From Deinococcaceae bacterium (GTDB lineage Bacteria; Deinococcota; Deinococci; Deinococcales; Trueperaceae): DNA of 22,702 nt. Within the stretch, counting starts at the first letter, position 1. The number at the start of each line of letters is the position of its first letter. Of this stretch, positions 1-7,793 are shown one piece after another. Made by a program: the position numbers and the translations under genes. Under the pieces are notes generated by a model. It was not told the DNA's origin and searched no databases. It saw only the letters and a list, made by a program, of their open reading frames with translations. Where the stretch lies: assembly GCA_040256005.1 (NCBI GenBank), contig JBDZWC010000038.1:1-22702 (forward strand), in the 5' to 3' direction.

Positions 1-216
<216 letters not shown>

Positions 217-294
217 AGGAGTACGTGCCGGTCGCCTTAGGGTGAACGGCCACGACGGTTCGCAAGTACTGCTACTGGGTTATTCGAGACCTTC

Positions 295-331
295 AGAAGG
301 GCGCGTCCTCCGGGGCGCGCCCTTCTTCTTT
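295..331 (+). terminator. Intrinsic terminator after 16S, probably bidirectional
   Basis: 14-bp stem AGAAGGGCGCGTCC / GGGGCGCGCCCTTCT (one G-U pair), TCCG loop, then TCTTT. Lies between 16S and the convergent aminotransferase gene. Confidence 0.85.
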
Positions 332-376
332 GCCTTCGCGTGAACGCGTCCACCGCGCCCGAGCGGCGCACTCGGT

Positions 377-1834
377 TCAGCCGTAGGCGACCTTCAGTAG
401 ACGCATCAGCCTGGGCAGCCCGAAGCGTTGTAGCAGCTTCAGAGACCTCGGGTTGGCCTCAGCGAACGCGTCCACGCGGTCGAACATCTCGTCGAACAAG
501 GCCTGCGGCATGTTGAGCGGTGGCGTGAACCTGAGGATGTAGTTGCCGCGCAGGCTGAAACAGGCGTGGACGCCGGCCTCATGCAGCTGCCGCAGCGCCA
601 GCAGTGAGGTCACGGCCTGGACGTCATCCGCCGGCACGCCGGGGACCGGGAAGCCCACGATCGGTCGCAGAGTGAACGCCATGAGCATGCCGGCCCCGCG
701 AGCTTCCGCGAACAGGTGCGGGAAGCGTTCGACCGCGTCGCGCATCCGCTCCAACCCGCGCTTCCCCAGTTCCTGAGCGCGCAGGTCGAGGCGTTCGTCG
801 ACCAGCAGCTCGAGCGACCGCAACGCCACCGCACTGGCGAAGGAGCCGCCGCCGAACGTCGACGAGTGGCGCCGCGACGCCGTGCCAGGCAGCATGGCCT
901 TGAAGATCTCCCGCCTGGCGATCGTGGCGCCCACCGGCAGGAGCCCCCCGCCCAGCGGCTTGGCCAGCGTGACGATGTCGGGTTCCAGCCCGTCCGCCAC
1001 GCTCGCGAACCAGTGACCCGCGCGGCCCAGTCCGGTCTGGACCTCGTCTGCGATCACCGGTACGCCGTGGCTGGCAGCAAGCTCGCCGAGGCGCCGCAGG
1101 AACCCGGGCGGCGGCGGGACGACGCCGCCCTCCCCCAGCACCGGCTCCACCACGATGGCGGCGATGTCATCGGCGTCCTTGCCAAGGGCCCCGGCCAGGG
1201 CGTCTTCGTCCCCGTACGGCAACGTGATCGTCTCGCGGAGAGGGCGGAACGGACCTTGGTAGACGTCACTCGACGTGAGCGCGAGGGCCCCCAGGGTCTT
1301 GCCGTGGTACGCGCCGGCGAAGTTCACGAAGCGCCTTGCCTTCGGCCGGTACGCCAGGGCCAGCTTCATCGCCGCCTCGACCGCCTCCGCGCCCGAGTTG
1401 CTCAGGAACACCTCGCTGTCTGCATGGCTCGGCGCCACCGAAGCCAACAGGGCCACCAAGGCGGCGTCGAGCGCCGCTCGCCACTCGCTGGCCGTTTGGT
1501 GCGGGAAGCCGAGTTGCCTCGTGTCGCTCAGGTAGGACCGCGCGAACTCGACCAGCGGCGGGTAGGCCTCTCCGAACGGCGAGGCCGCGAAGCCCCCCGC
1601 ATGGATCAGGTGCCGACCGGTCTGGTCCCTGAGCTCCCAGGGCGACTCCAGCTGGAACGGCCCGGCCAGGTCGAGCAGGTCGAGGATGGCGAAGAGGTCA
1701 GTGTTCCCGTGACGCCGCTCCAGAGCGACGGCGTCGACGGCGGCGGCCCCGTGAGCGAGGAGGTCCGAACTTCTGACGGGGATCGTCGGTGCTGCTTGCG
1801 GGGTCACGGGCGTCTCGAAGGGCGGGGCGCCCAT
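377..1834 (-). CDS. Class III PLP-dependent aminotransferase (ArgD/PatA-like)
   Basis: Motifs SNSGAEAVEAA, YHGKT, EPVLGEGG, DEVQTGLGR, TLAKPLGGG (PLP Lys) and HSSTFGG. ATG at 1834 overlaps the upstream TGA; GTG at 1837 is an alternative start. Confidence 0.92.
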   Translation of the reverse strand: MGAPPFETPVTPQAAPTIPVRSSDLLAHGAAAVDAVALERRHGNTDLFAILDLLDLAGPFQLESPWELRDQTGRHLIHAGGFAASPFGEAYPPLVEFARSYLSDTRQLGFPHQTASEWRAALDAALVALLASVAPSHADSEVFLSNSGAEAVEAAMKLALAYRPKARRFVNFAGAYHGKTLGALALTSSDVYQGPFRPLRETITLPYGDEDALAGALGKDADDIAAIVVEPVLGEGGVVPPPPGFLRRLGELAASHGVPVIADEVQTGLGRAGHWFASVADGLEPDIVTLAKPLGGGLLPVGATIARREIFKAMLPGTASRRHSSTFGGGSFASAVALRSLELLVDERLDLRAQELGKRGLERMRDAVERFPHLFAEARGAGMLMAFTLRPIVGFPVPGVPADDVQAVTSLLALRQLHEAGVHACFSLRGNYILRFTPPLNMPQALFDEMFDRVDAFAEANPRSLKLLQRFGLPRLMRLLKVAYG

Positions 1835-2472
1835 CACTGCAGCGGGACAGCAGCGCTGTTGCCCGCCCCGTCTTCCACCACCACCTGGGCGTCGGCGGTG
1901 TTCTCGACCAGTACCGAGAAGCTGAACTCTGGCCCGGGCGTGAACGCCAGCGGCACCCCGCCGATCCTGACCGACGTCACGCCGATGTTATCGCGAGCGA
2001 CACCCTCGACCCTCAGCCGGTTGCCGGCCGCGGCCTCTACCGAAGTGAGTTCCACGGTGGGTGGGGTAGCGTCGAGTATCAACGTGTAGGTCTCCGTCGT
2101 AGTGCGGCCGCTCACGTCGGTGACCTCGAGGACCATCGTCAGCTCGCCGTCCGCGACGTTGGGCTTGGTGAAGGCGAAATGGACGAGACCCTTGCCCCTC
2201 TCCGCAGCGTAGAGGTCGTTCGCGAGCAGGTCCAGGCCGTCGACCCGGATGCTGGCGATGCCTTCGTCGTCCATGGCGTAGCCACTGATCCTGAGGTCCT
2301 CGGTGCTCCGTGTCGCGCCGCTGCGCGGGTCGGTTATCGCGATGACGGGAGCCAGGGAGTCGGAACGCCCCAGGCACGAGGTGAGCAGCGCGGCCAGTAT
2401 CGCGCCGACCACGAGGTACGGGCGGTGGCGGTGACCAGGGAAGCGATGCGGGATGGCCGTCCTACGCGGCAT
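1834..2472 (-). CDS. Lipoprotein with two tandem Ig-like (Big-type) domains
   Basis: Basic N-region, hydrophobic core and lipobox LTS-C33. Two similar beta-rich repeats (APVIAIT...RISGYAMDDEGIASIRVDG / PPTVELT...RVEGVARDNIGVTSVRIGG). Confidence 0.8.
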   Translation of the reverse strand: MPRRTAIPHRFPGHRHRPYLVVGAILAALLTSCLGRSDSLAPVIAITDPRSGATRSTEDLRISGYAMDDEGIASIRVDGLDLLANDLYAAERGKGLVHFAFTKPNVADGELTMVLEVTDVSGRTTTETYTLILDATPPTVELTSVEAAAGNRLRVEGVARDNIGVTSVRIGGVPLAFTPGPEFSFSVLVENTADAQVVVEDGAGNSAAVPLQ

Positions 2473-2478
2473 GGCGCA

Positions 2479-2484
2479 ATGCTA
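2479..2484 (-). promoter_or_regulatory. -10 element TAGCAT for a leaderless transcript
   Basis: TAGCAT-N6-ATG(2472), with no SD. Confidence 0.65.
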
Positions 2485-2589
2485 CAACGGTGGTGCCGAG
2501 GCCCAGGAAAGCGGTGGAGCGCATCGTTCGAGGTGCGGTCCGGAGTACGACGACAGGCGAAGGTACGATGAAAAGCACCAGTAAGGTAG

Positions 2590-2620
2590 TTCACATGACC
2601 GGGACCCCGTGGTGTAATCT
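2590..2620 (+). promoter_or_regulatory. Putative sigma70-type promoter of the ABC operon
   Basis: TTCACA(2590-2595)-N17-TGTAAT with an upstream TG; overlapping alternative -10 TAATCT (2615-2620). Confidence 0.45.
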
Positions 2621-2805
2621 CTATGGCGCCTGTCTACAGTCGTGATCCCGAAAGTGGCAGCTAGCCGCGTTCCGGGGCCACAGGCGTAGAAGCTCAGGGG
2701 CAGGGCCCCTCCACGGCGAAGGGAGCTAGAGCAAGCCAAGCCTCTATAGCCCTAAGCAAGTGGGGCGCACCTGTGCCCTGAATCCAAGTCCCAAGGGAGA
2801 GTTGA

Positions 2806-4551
2806 ATGAAGAGAAGCATCCTAGCGCTGATCGCGGGTGCCGCGCTCGTCGCCTCCACGGCGGTCGCGCAGTCGGGCCCCGACACCTACGTCTATCAGAC
2901 GTTCGGCGAGCCGGTCTCCATGGACCCGGCGCGCGCTTACGACACGGGCTCCGGCGGCATCATCGAGAACGTGTACGAGACCCTGTTCCTCTACTCCGGC
3001 GAAGCCATCGACGAGTTCGAGCCGGCGCTCGCACTTGACTACACGGTCTCTGAAGACGGCCTGCACTGGACCTTCAACCTGCGCCCCGACGTGCAGTTCC
3101 ACAGCGGCAACACGATGAGCTGCAAGGACGTCGAGTACTCGTTCCAGTACGGAGCGCTCACCGCGCACCCGCAGGGCGCCACCGCGTACCTGACCGGTAA
3201 CCTGTTCCTCGGCTACGCCGGCGACGGCAGCGACCCGGCGGCGTTCCAGGAGAACGTCACCTGGGAGATGATCGACAACATCGTCGAGTGCCCCGAAGGC
3301 CCCGACGGCCTGGTCGCCGTGGTGAACCTCGTCAACCCCACCCCGGCGCTCATCCCGATCCTCACCTACACGGCCTACAGCATCCTCGACAGCCAGTTCG
3401 CCATCGAAGGCGGGTCGTGGGATGGCACCGAGGCCACCTGGAAGGACTGGAACGGCCGCGACATCACGACCGAGTTCCTGAGCACCCACACCAGTGGCAC
3501 GGGCGCATACGAGCTGGTCGAGTGGACCGACGACGCCGTCGTCGCACGCGCCTTCGAGAACTACTGGGGCGGCGCTCCGGCGATCAAGAACGTCGTCTAC
3601 CAGTACGTGGACGAGCAGTCCACCCGCATCCTCGCCGTGCAGCAGGGTGACGCTGACCGCGTCACGATCAACGAGCGTTCCGCGCTGGTCCAGCTCCGTG
3701 GCGCCGACGGCGTGACCGTCCACGAGAAGCCCGAGTGGACGACCACCTCCGTGACCTCGCTCTTCTTCAACTTCGACATCGTGACGGACAACAACGAGGA
3801 CGTCGGCAGCGGCCAGCTCGATGGCAACGGCATCCCGGCCAACTTCTTCCAGGATGTCAACGTCCGCCGGGCGTTCGCCCACCTGTTCGACCAGCAGGGC
3901 TTCATCGACCAGCTCTACGAAGGCGCCGGCGTCGTCCTCACCATGGGCATGCCGCCGTCCTTCCTCGGCTACAACGATGACGTCGCCGTGCGCACCCTCG
4001 ACCTGGAAGCGGCTGAAGAGTACTTCCGCGCCGCCTTCGACGGCGAGTTGTGGGAGAACGGCATCGAGTTCACCGCCATCTACAACGAAGGCAACACCAC
4101 GCGGCAGACGGCGCTGCAGATCCTCGCCGACAACGTGTCGTTCATCAACCCGAACTTCGTGATGAACGTGCGCAGCCTGCCGTGGGCCGACTTCCTCAAC
4201 CGCTCGGCCGAGCGGAAGGTCCCGATGTTCGCCCTGGGTTGGGCCGCTGACTACGCCGACCCGAGCAACTTCATCAACACCTTCTACGACAACGACGGCT
4301 ACTACGCGAACCGGACCTCGATCAACGTGCCCGAGATCCAGGCGCTGATCGACCAGGCCGACGCGTCGTTCGACCCGGCGGAACGCGGCTTCCTCTACAG
4401 CCAGATCGGCACGCTGCACTACGACTACGCGCCGCTCATCGCCGTGCCGACGCAGTCGCCGTTCATCGTCACGCGCTCCTCGCTGCAGGGTGTCTACTAC
4501 AACCCGATGCTCTCCGACGAGTTCTACTGGAAGGACCTCTCCAAGAACTAA
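2806..4551 (+). CDS. ABC transporter substrate-binding protein, family 5 (DppA/OppA-like)
   Basis: Sec signal (AVA|Q), motifs SMDPARAYD, FNLRPDVQFHSG, GTGAY and GWAADYADP; SD AAGGGAG upstream. Confidence 0.95.
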   Translation: MKRSILALIAGAALVASTAVAQSGPDTYVYQTFGEPVSMDPARAYDTGSGGIIENVYETLFLYSGEAIDEFEPALALDYTVSEDGLHWTFNLRPDVQFHSGNTMSCKDVEYSFQYGALTAHPQGATAYLTGNLFLGYAGDGSDPAAFQENVTWEMIDNIVECPEGPDGLVAVVNLVNPTPALIPILTYTAYSILDSQFAIEGGSWDGTEATWKDWNGRDITTEFLSTHTSGTGAYELVEWTDDAVVARAFENYWGGAPAIKNVVYQYVDEQSTRILAVQQGDADRVTINERSALVQLRGADGVTVHEKPEWTTTSVTSLFFNFDIVTDNNEDVGSGQLDGNGIPANFFQDVNVRRAFAHLFDQQGFIDQLYEGAGVVLTMGMPPSFLGYNDDVAVRTLDLEAAEEYFRAAFDGELWENGIEFTAIYNEGNTTRQTALQILADNVSFINPNFVMNVRSLPWADFLNRSAERKVPMFALGWAADYADPSNFINTFYDNDGYYANRTSINVPEIQALIDQADASFDPAERGFLYSQIGTLHYDYAPLIAVPTQSPFIVTRSSLQGVYYNPMLSDEFYWKDLSKN

Positions 4552-4557
4552 GAGGTC

Positions 4558-4634
4558 GGTGCGTGGGGCGCGGCCAGCCGCGGCCCACACCTTTCGCCCG
4601 GGACGATCCTCTATACGTGGTCGTCCCGGGCGAA
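4558..4634 (+). promoter_or_regulatory. Two intergenic stem-loops after the binding-protein gene
   Basis: Imperfect hairpin at about 4558-4591, then a perfect 14-bp inverted repeat TTCGCCCGGGACGA (4593-4606) / TCGTCCCGGGCGAA (4621-4634). No U-tract. Confidence 0.7.
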
Positions 4635-4660
4635 CCTAAGGAACAGAAGAGAGACTTATC

Positions 4661-5689
4661 TTGCTCGTCTTCATCGCGCGTCGCCTGGTGCTCCTGCCCG
4701 TCGTCTTCATAGGCGTGACGCTCGCCATCGTGCTGCTCATGCAGCTGCTGACGCCCTACCAGCGGGCAGCGGCATTCGTGCAGTCGGAACAGCAGATCAG
4801 GCAGATCGACTCGATAATCCAGCAGTACGGGCTAACCGATCCCTGGTATCAGCAGTACTACCGCTGGATGAACCAGGTGCTTCAGGGCAACCTGGGTTTC
4901 TCGCGCACCACCAACGAACCGGTGCTGACCACGCTGAGGAACCGCTTCCCGGCCACGCTGGAGCTGGCGCTCCTCGCGATCATCCCGGTCATCGGCGTCG
5001 GCATCTGGCTCGGCACGGCCGCGGCGCTCAACCGTGACAAGATCGTCGACCAGATCACCCGGGTCATGTCGATCGTCGGGTGGTCGCTGCCCACGTTCGT
5101 GCTGGGGATCTGGCTGCTGGTCATCTTCTACGGGGCTCTAGGCTGGTTGCAGCCCGGGCGGATCTCGACCAACTACCTCGTCGAGATCGCTGGCCGCTCC
5201 GGGTTCGAGCACTACACGCGCATGCTCAGCCTGGACGCGCTCCTCAACGGTCGCTTCGACATCTTCCTCGACGCCATCAAGCATCTGATACTGCCCGTCG
5301 TCACGCTCGCCGTCGTCCAGAGCGCGCAGATCATGCGCGTCATGCGCTCATCGCTGCTCGACGCCCTGGGCCGGGATTACGTCAGGACGGCTCGGGCGAA
5401 GGGCCTGCCAGAACGGGTGGTGTCTCACAAGCACGCCAGGCGCAACGCGCTCATCCCGGTCATCACCCTTGCCGGGTTCACCCTGGTCGGACTGATCAAC
5501 GGGGTCGTCATCACCGAGACCATCTTCAACTACCCTGGCCTTGGCCAGTGGGCCGCGGCCTCTGCGATCAACCTCGACTACGCGGCCGTCATGGGCTTCG
5601 CGCTCTTCACCGCCCTCATGGTCGTGCTCGCCAACCTACTCGTCGACGTCCTCTACGGCGTGGTAGACCCGCGCATCAGGTACGAGTGA
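4661..5689 (+). CDS. dppB: Peptide/nickel-family ABC permease (DppB-like)
   Basis: TTG start; GNLGFS, RFPATLELA, DYVRTARAKGL, ITETIFNYPGLG and C-terminal DPRIRY. Confidence 0.93.
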   Translation: MLVFIARRLVLLPVVFIGVTLAIVLLMQLLTPYQRAAAFVQSEQQIRQIDSIIQQYGLTDPWYQQYYRWMNQVLQGNLGFSRTTNEPVLTTLRNRFPATLELALLAIIPVIGVGIWLGTAAALNRDKIVDQITRVMSIVGWSLPTFVLGIWLLVIFYGALGWLQPGRISTNYLVEIAGRSGFEHYTRMLSLDALLNGRFDIFLDAIKHLILPVVTLAVVQSAQIMRVMRSSLLDALGRDYVRTARAKGLPERVVSHKHARRNALIPVITLAGFTLVGLINGVVITETIFNYPGLGQWAAASAINLDYAAVMGFALFTALMVVLANLLVDVLYGVVDPRIRYE

Positions 5690-6720
5690 TGGCCGACGCG
5701 ACCTACGTCCCGGATGTCGGAACGCCCGTACGTGCGGAGGCGCGCGGATGGCGCGACTCCAAGGCACTCAAGCGCTTCAGGCGCAACCCGCTGGCGGTCG
5801 TCGGGTTGCTGGTCGTGCTCGCCTTCGTGCTCACCGCCATCTTCGCTCCCGTCCTCACGAACGTCGGCAGGAACTGCCTGCGAGACCTGGGCCTGAGCGC
5901 GGCCACGCAGTACGACTACAAGAACCCCACCAAGGCCGTCTTCTGGCGGACCATGTTCGCTCCGCCGGAGAGCTGCTTCACGATCCCGCGCGTAGGCTTC
6001 AGCAACGTGCCGCGCGACGCCGAGACCTCCGAGACGCTGCTGGGCACGACCAGCGGCGGCTACGACATCTACTACGGCCTGATCTGGGGCACCCGCACGG
6101 CGTTCAAGATCGGCCTCATCGTCGTCGGCATAAGCCTCTTGGCCGGCCTCATCATCGGCAGCCTCTCGGGCTACATCGGCGGCGTCTTCGACAACGTGCT
6201 GATGCGCTTCACCGACATCGTCATCTCGCTGCCGAGCCTGGTCATCGCCATGGTGGTGGTGATGGTTCTCGGCAACTCGATAAGCAACATCATGTTCGCG
6301 ATCGCCGTCGTGGCGTGGCCGTCGTACGCCAGGTTGATGCGTGGCGAGGTGCTGAGGGTCAAGGAGGAGGACTACGTCACGAGCGCGAAGGCGCTGGGGC
6401 GCAGGTCGTTGGGCGTCATCTTCCGCCACGTGCTACCGAACGCGATCGGCCCCCTTATCATCGTCGCCAGCCTCGACATCGGGTCGATCGTCTTGACGGC
6501 GGCGGCGCTGTCCTTCCTCGGCCTGGGCGCCCAAGTGGGCTACGCGGACTGGGGCCAGATGATCTCGTTCGCGCGCGACTGGATCCTGGGCCCACCGGGC
6601 CAACCCCTGGCGTACTGGTACGTGTCGTTCTGGCCGGGCATCATCATCGTGCTGTTCGTCCTGGGCTGGAACCTGCTGGGAGACGCTTTCCGCGACGTGC
6701 TCGACCCGAAGAGCGCCTAG
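5689..6720 (+). CDS. dppC: Peptide/nickel-family ABC permease (DppC-like)
   Basis: ATG at 5689 overlaps the dppB TGA; motifs LLGTT..GYDI, YVTSAKALG, RHVLPN, LSFLGLG and NLLGDAFRDVLDP. Confidence 0.93.
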   Translation: MADATYVPDVGTPVRAEARGWRDSKALKRFRRNPLAVVGLLVVLAFVLTAIFAPVLTNVGRNCLRDLGLSAATQYDYKNPTKAVFWRTMFAPPESCFTIPRVGFSNVPRDAETSETLLGTTSGGYDIYYGLIWGTRTAFKIGLIVVGISLLAGLIIGSLSGYIGGVFDNVLMRFTDIVISLPSLVIAMVVVMVLGNSISNIMFAIAVVAWPSYARLMRGEVLRVKEEDYVTSAKALGRRSLGVIFRHVLPNAIGPLIIVASLDIGSIVLTAAALSFLGLGAQVGYADWGQMISFARDWILGPPGQPLAYWYVSFWPGIIIVLFVLGWNLLGDAFRDVLDPKSA

Positions 6721-7229
6721 AGGCCCTCGACCGCAGGCACGTCACCGATTCGACCGTTCATGTCGAGCAGGAACGCCGTCAGCGCTCGGTACTCGGCGTC
6801 AGTGAGGCGCCCCGGGTCGTAGCGCGGCATCGTGGCGCGCACGTAATGGAAGAGGGCGGCTGGATCGGCCGTGGCCGCCAGCGTCACCCGACCGCCGGCG
6901 ATGCCGTGCAGGGCCGGTGGCTCGCCGATCGAGAACATGTCGTTGTCGATGAACGGCTGGTCGAGGGGTTGCACGATGCGGTTCGACGGCCGGTGGCAAC
7001 GCGTGCAGCGCCTCTCTTCCTCTGGGAAGGCGAGCTTGGCCTCTGCCAACCCGCCGCCCGTGGGGCCGTGACACACGGAGCAGTTCCAGGCGTACAGCTC
7101 GGCGCCGGCCGCGACCAGCGACGCCACAGCCGCCGGCTCGGTGCCCGTGGCGTCAGGCGGCCCGGCGACGGCCAACAGGGCAGGGGATACGACCGCCGCG
7201 ACCAAGAGGGCGAGTAGTACGCGTCTCAC
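6717..7229 (-). CDS. Exported c-type cytochrome with two CxxCH motifs
   Basis: Signal peptide; GAELYAWN-CSVCH (50-54), second motif CTRCH (75-79), and TMP followed by a LTDAEYRALTAFL C-terminal helix typical of class I cytochrome c. Confidence 0.85.
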   Translation of the reverse strand: MRRVLLALLVAAVVSPALLAVAGPPDATGTEPAAVASLVAAGAELYAWNCSVCHGPTGGGLAEAKLAFPEEERRCTRCHRPSNRIVQPLDQPFIDNDMFSIGEPPALHGIAGGRVTLAATADPAALFHYVRATMPRYDPGRLTDAEYRALTAFLLDMNGRIGDVPAVEGL

Positions 7230-7248
7230 TTTGTCGCCGACGTGCCGT

Positions 7249-7737
7249 TCAGGCCCGTTCGTCGTCCTCCTCGGGCTCGACGGGCTGAGCCACGTCGCTC
7301 ACGGCATCCGCCCGTTCCTCGGCCGCGGCCTGGCCGTCTGACGCCGAAGAAGCGGTGGTCGGGCTCACCTGAGCGGCCCCGGTAGCGGCCTGGGGTGATG
7401 CAGCGGTGGCGCCGGACGTCGGCGGGTTCGGCCCGGCGGTGGACGGCATGGCGCTCCCAGCGGTACCGCCGGCAGCGTTGCCGGCCGCAGCGTCCGCCGT
7501 CGTGGGCTTCGGCTGCCGGTCTTGCGCCGCCTTCACGAGGAAGTACACGAGCCCACCGGCTATAGCCACCGGCACTATGAACCTGAGCAGGTTCCACAGC
7601 AGCCCGGCGACCCACTTGAGGGCGATGCCACCGATAGACAGGACCCAGCCCACGAGCCACAGCAAGCCCGTGCCCACGAGCAGGGCGACGAGGCCGAACA
7701 CGACGAGCTCCACGTACTCCTGGAGGGAGCGTCTCAT
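7249..7737 (-). CDS. Small membrane protein with an Ala/Pro/acidic disordered tail
   Basis: N-terminal hydrophobic segments, low-complexity C-terminus, and its own TATACT-N6-ATG promoter. Confidence 0.75.
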   Translation of the reverse strand: MRRSLQEYVELVVFGLVALLVGTGLLWLVGWVLSIGGIALKWVAGLLWNLLRFIVPVAIAGGLVYFLVKAAQDRQPKPTTADAAAGNAAGGTAGSAMPSTAGPNPPTSGATAASPQAATGAAQVSPTTASSASDGQAAAEERADAVSDVAQPVEPEEDDERA

Positions 7738-7743
7738 GGCGGC

Positions 7744-7787
7744 AGTATAGCAACAGGTCTCGTGAGCCCCGGACCAGCCGCTAGACT
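7744..7787. promoter_or_regulatory. Back-to-back leaderless promoters
   Basis: Minus strand: TGc-TATACT (7744-7749)-N6-ATG 7737. Plus strand: TAGACT (7782-7787)-N6-ATG 7794. Confidence 0.75.
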
Positions 7788-7793
7788 GCTCGG

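Noticed and set aside
342..475. 12-nt direct repeat GAACGCGTCCAC (342-353 and 464-475)
   Set aside because: Only two copies, one inside a CDS; plausible by chance in GC-rich sequence and not CRISPR-like.
2626..2805. Assignment of the leader to a known riboswitch (c-di-AMP, SAM, TPP, cobalamin)
   Set aside because: Only short fragments (CCCGAAAG, CAGCTA) resemble ydaO motifs; their order and the rest of the consensus are absent.
2821..4590. 589-aa antisense ORF opposite the binding-protein gene
   Set aside because: Mirror-frame ORF caused by strong GC3 codon bias; no motifs, and the sense gene is clearly real.
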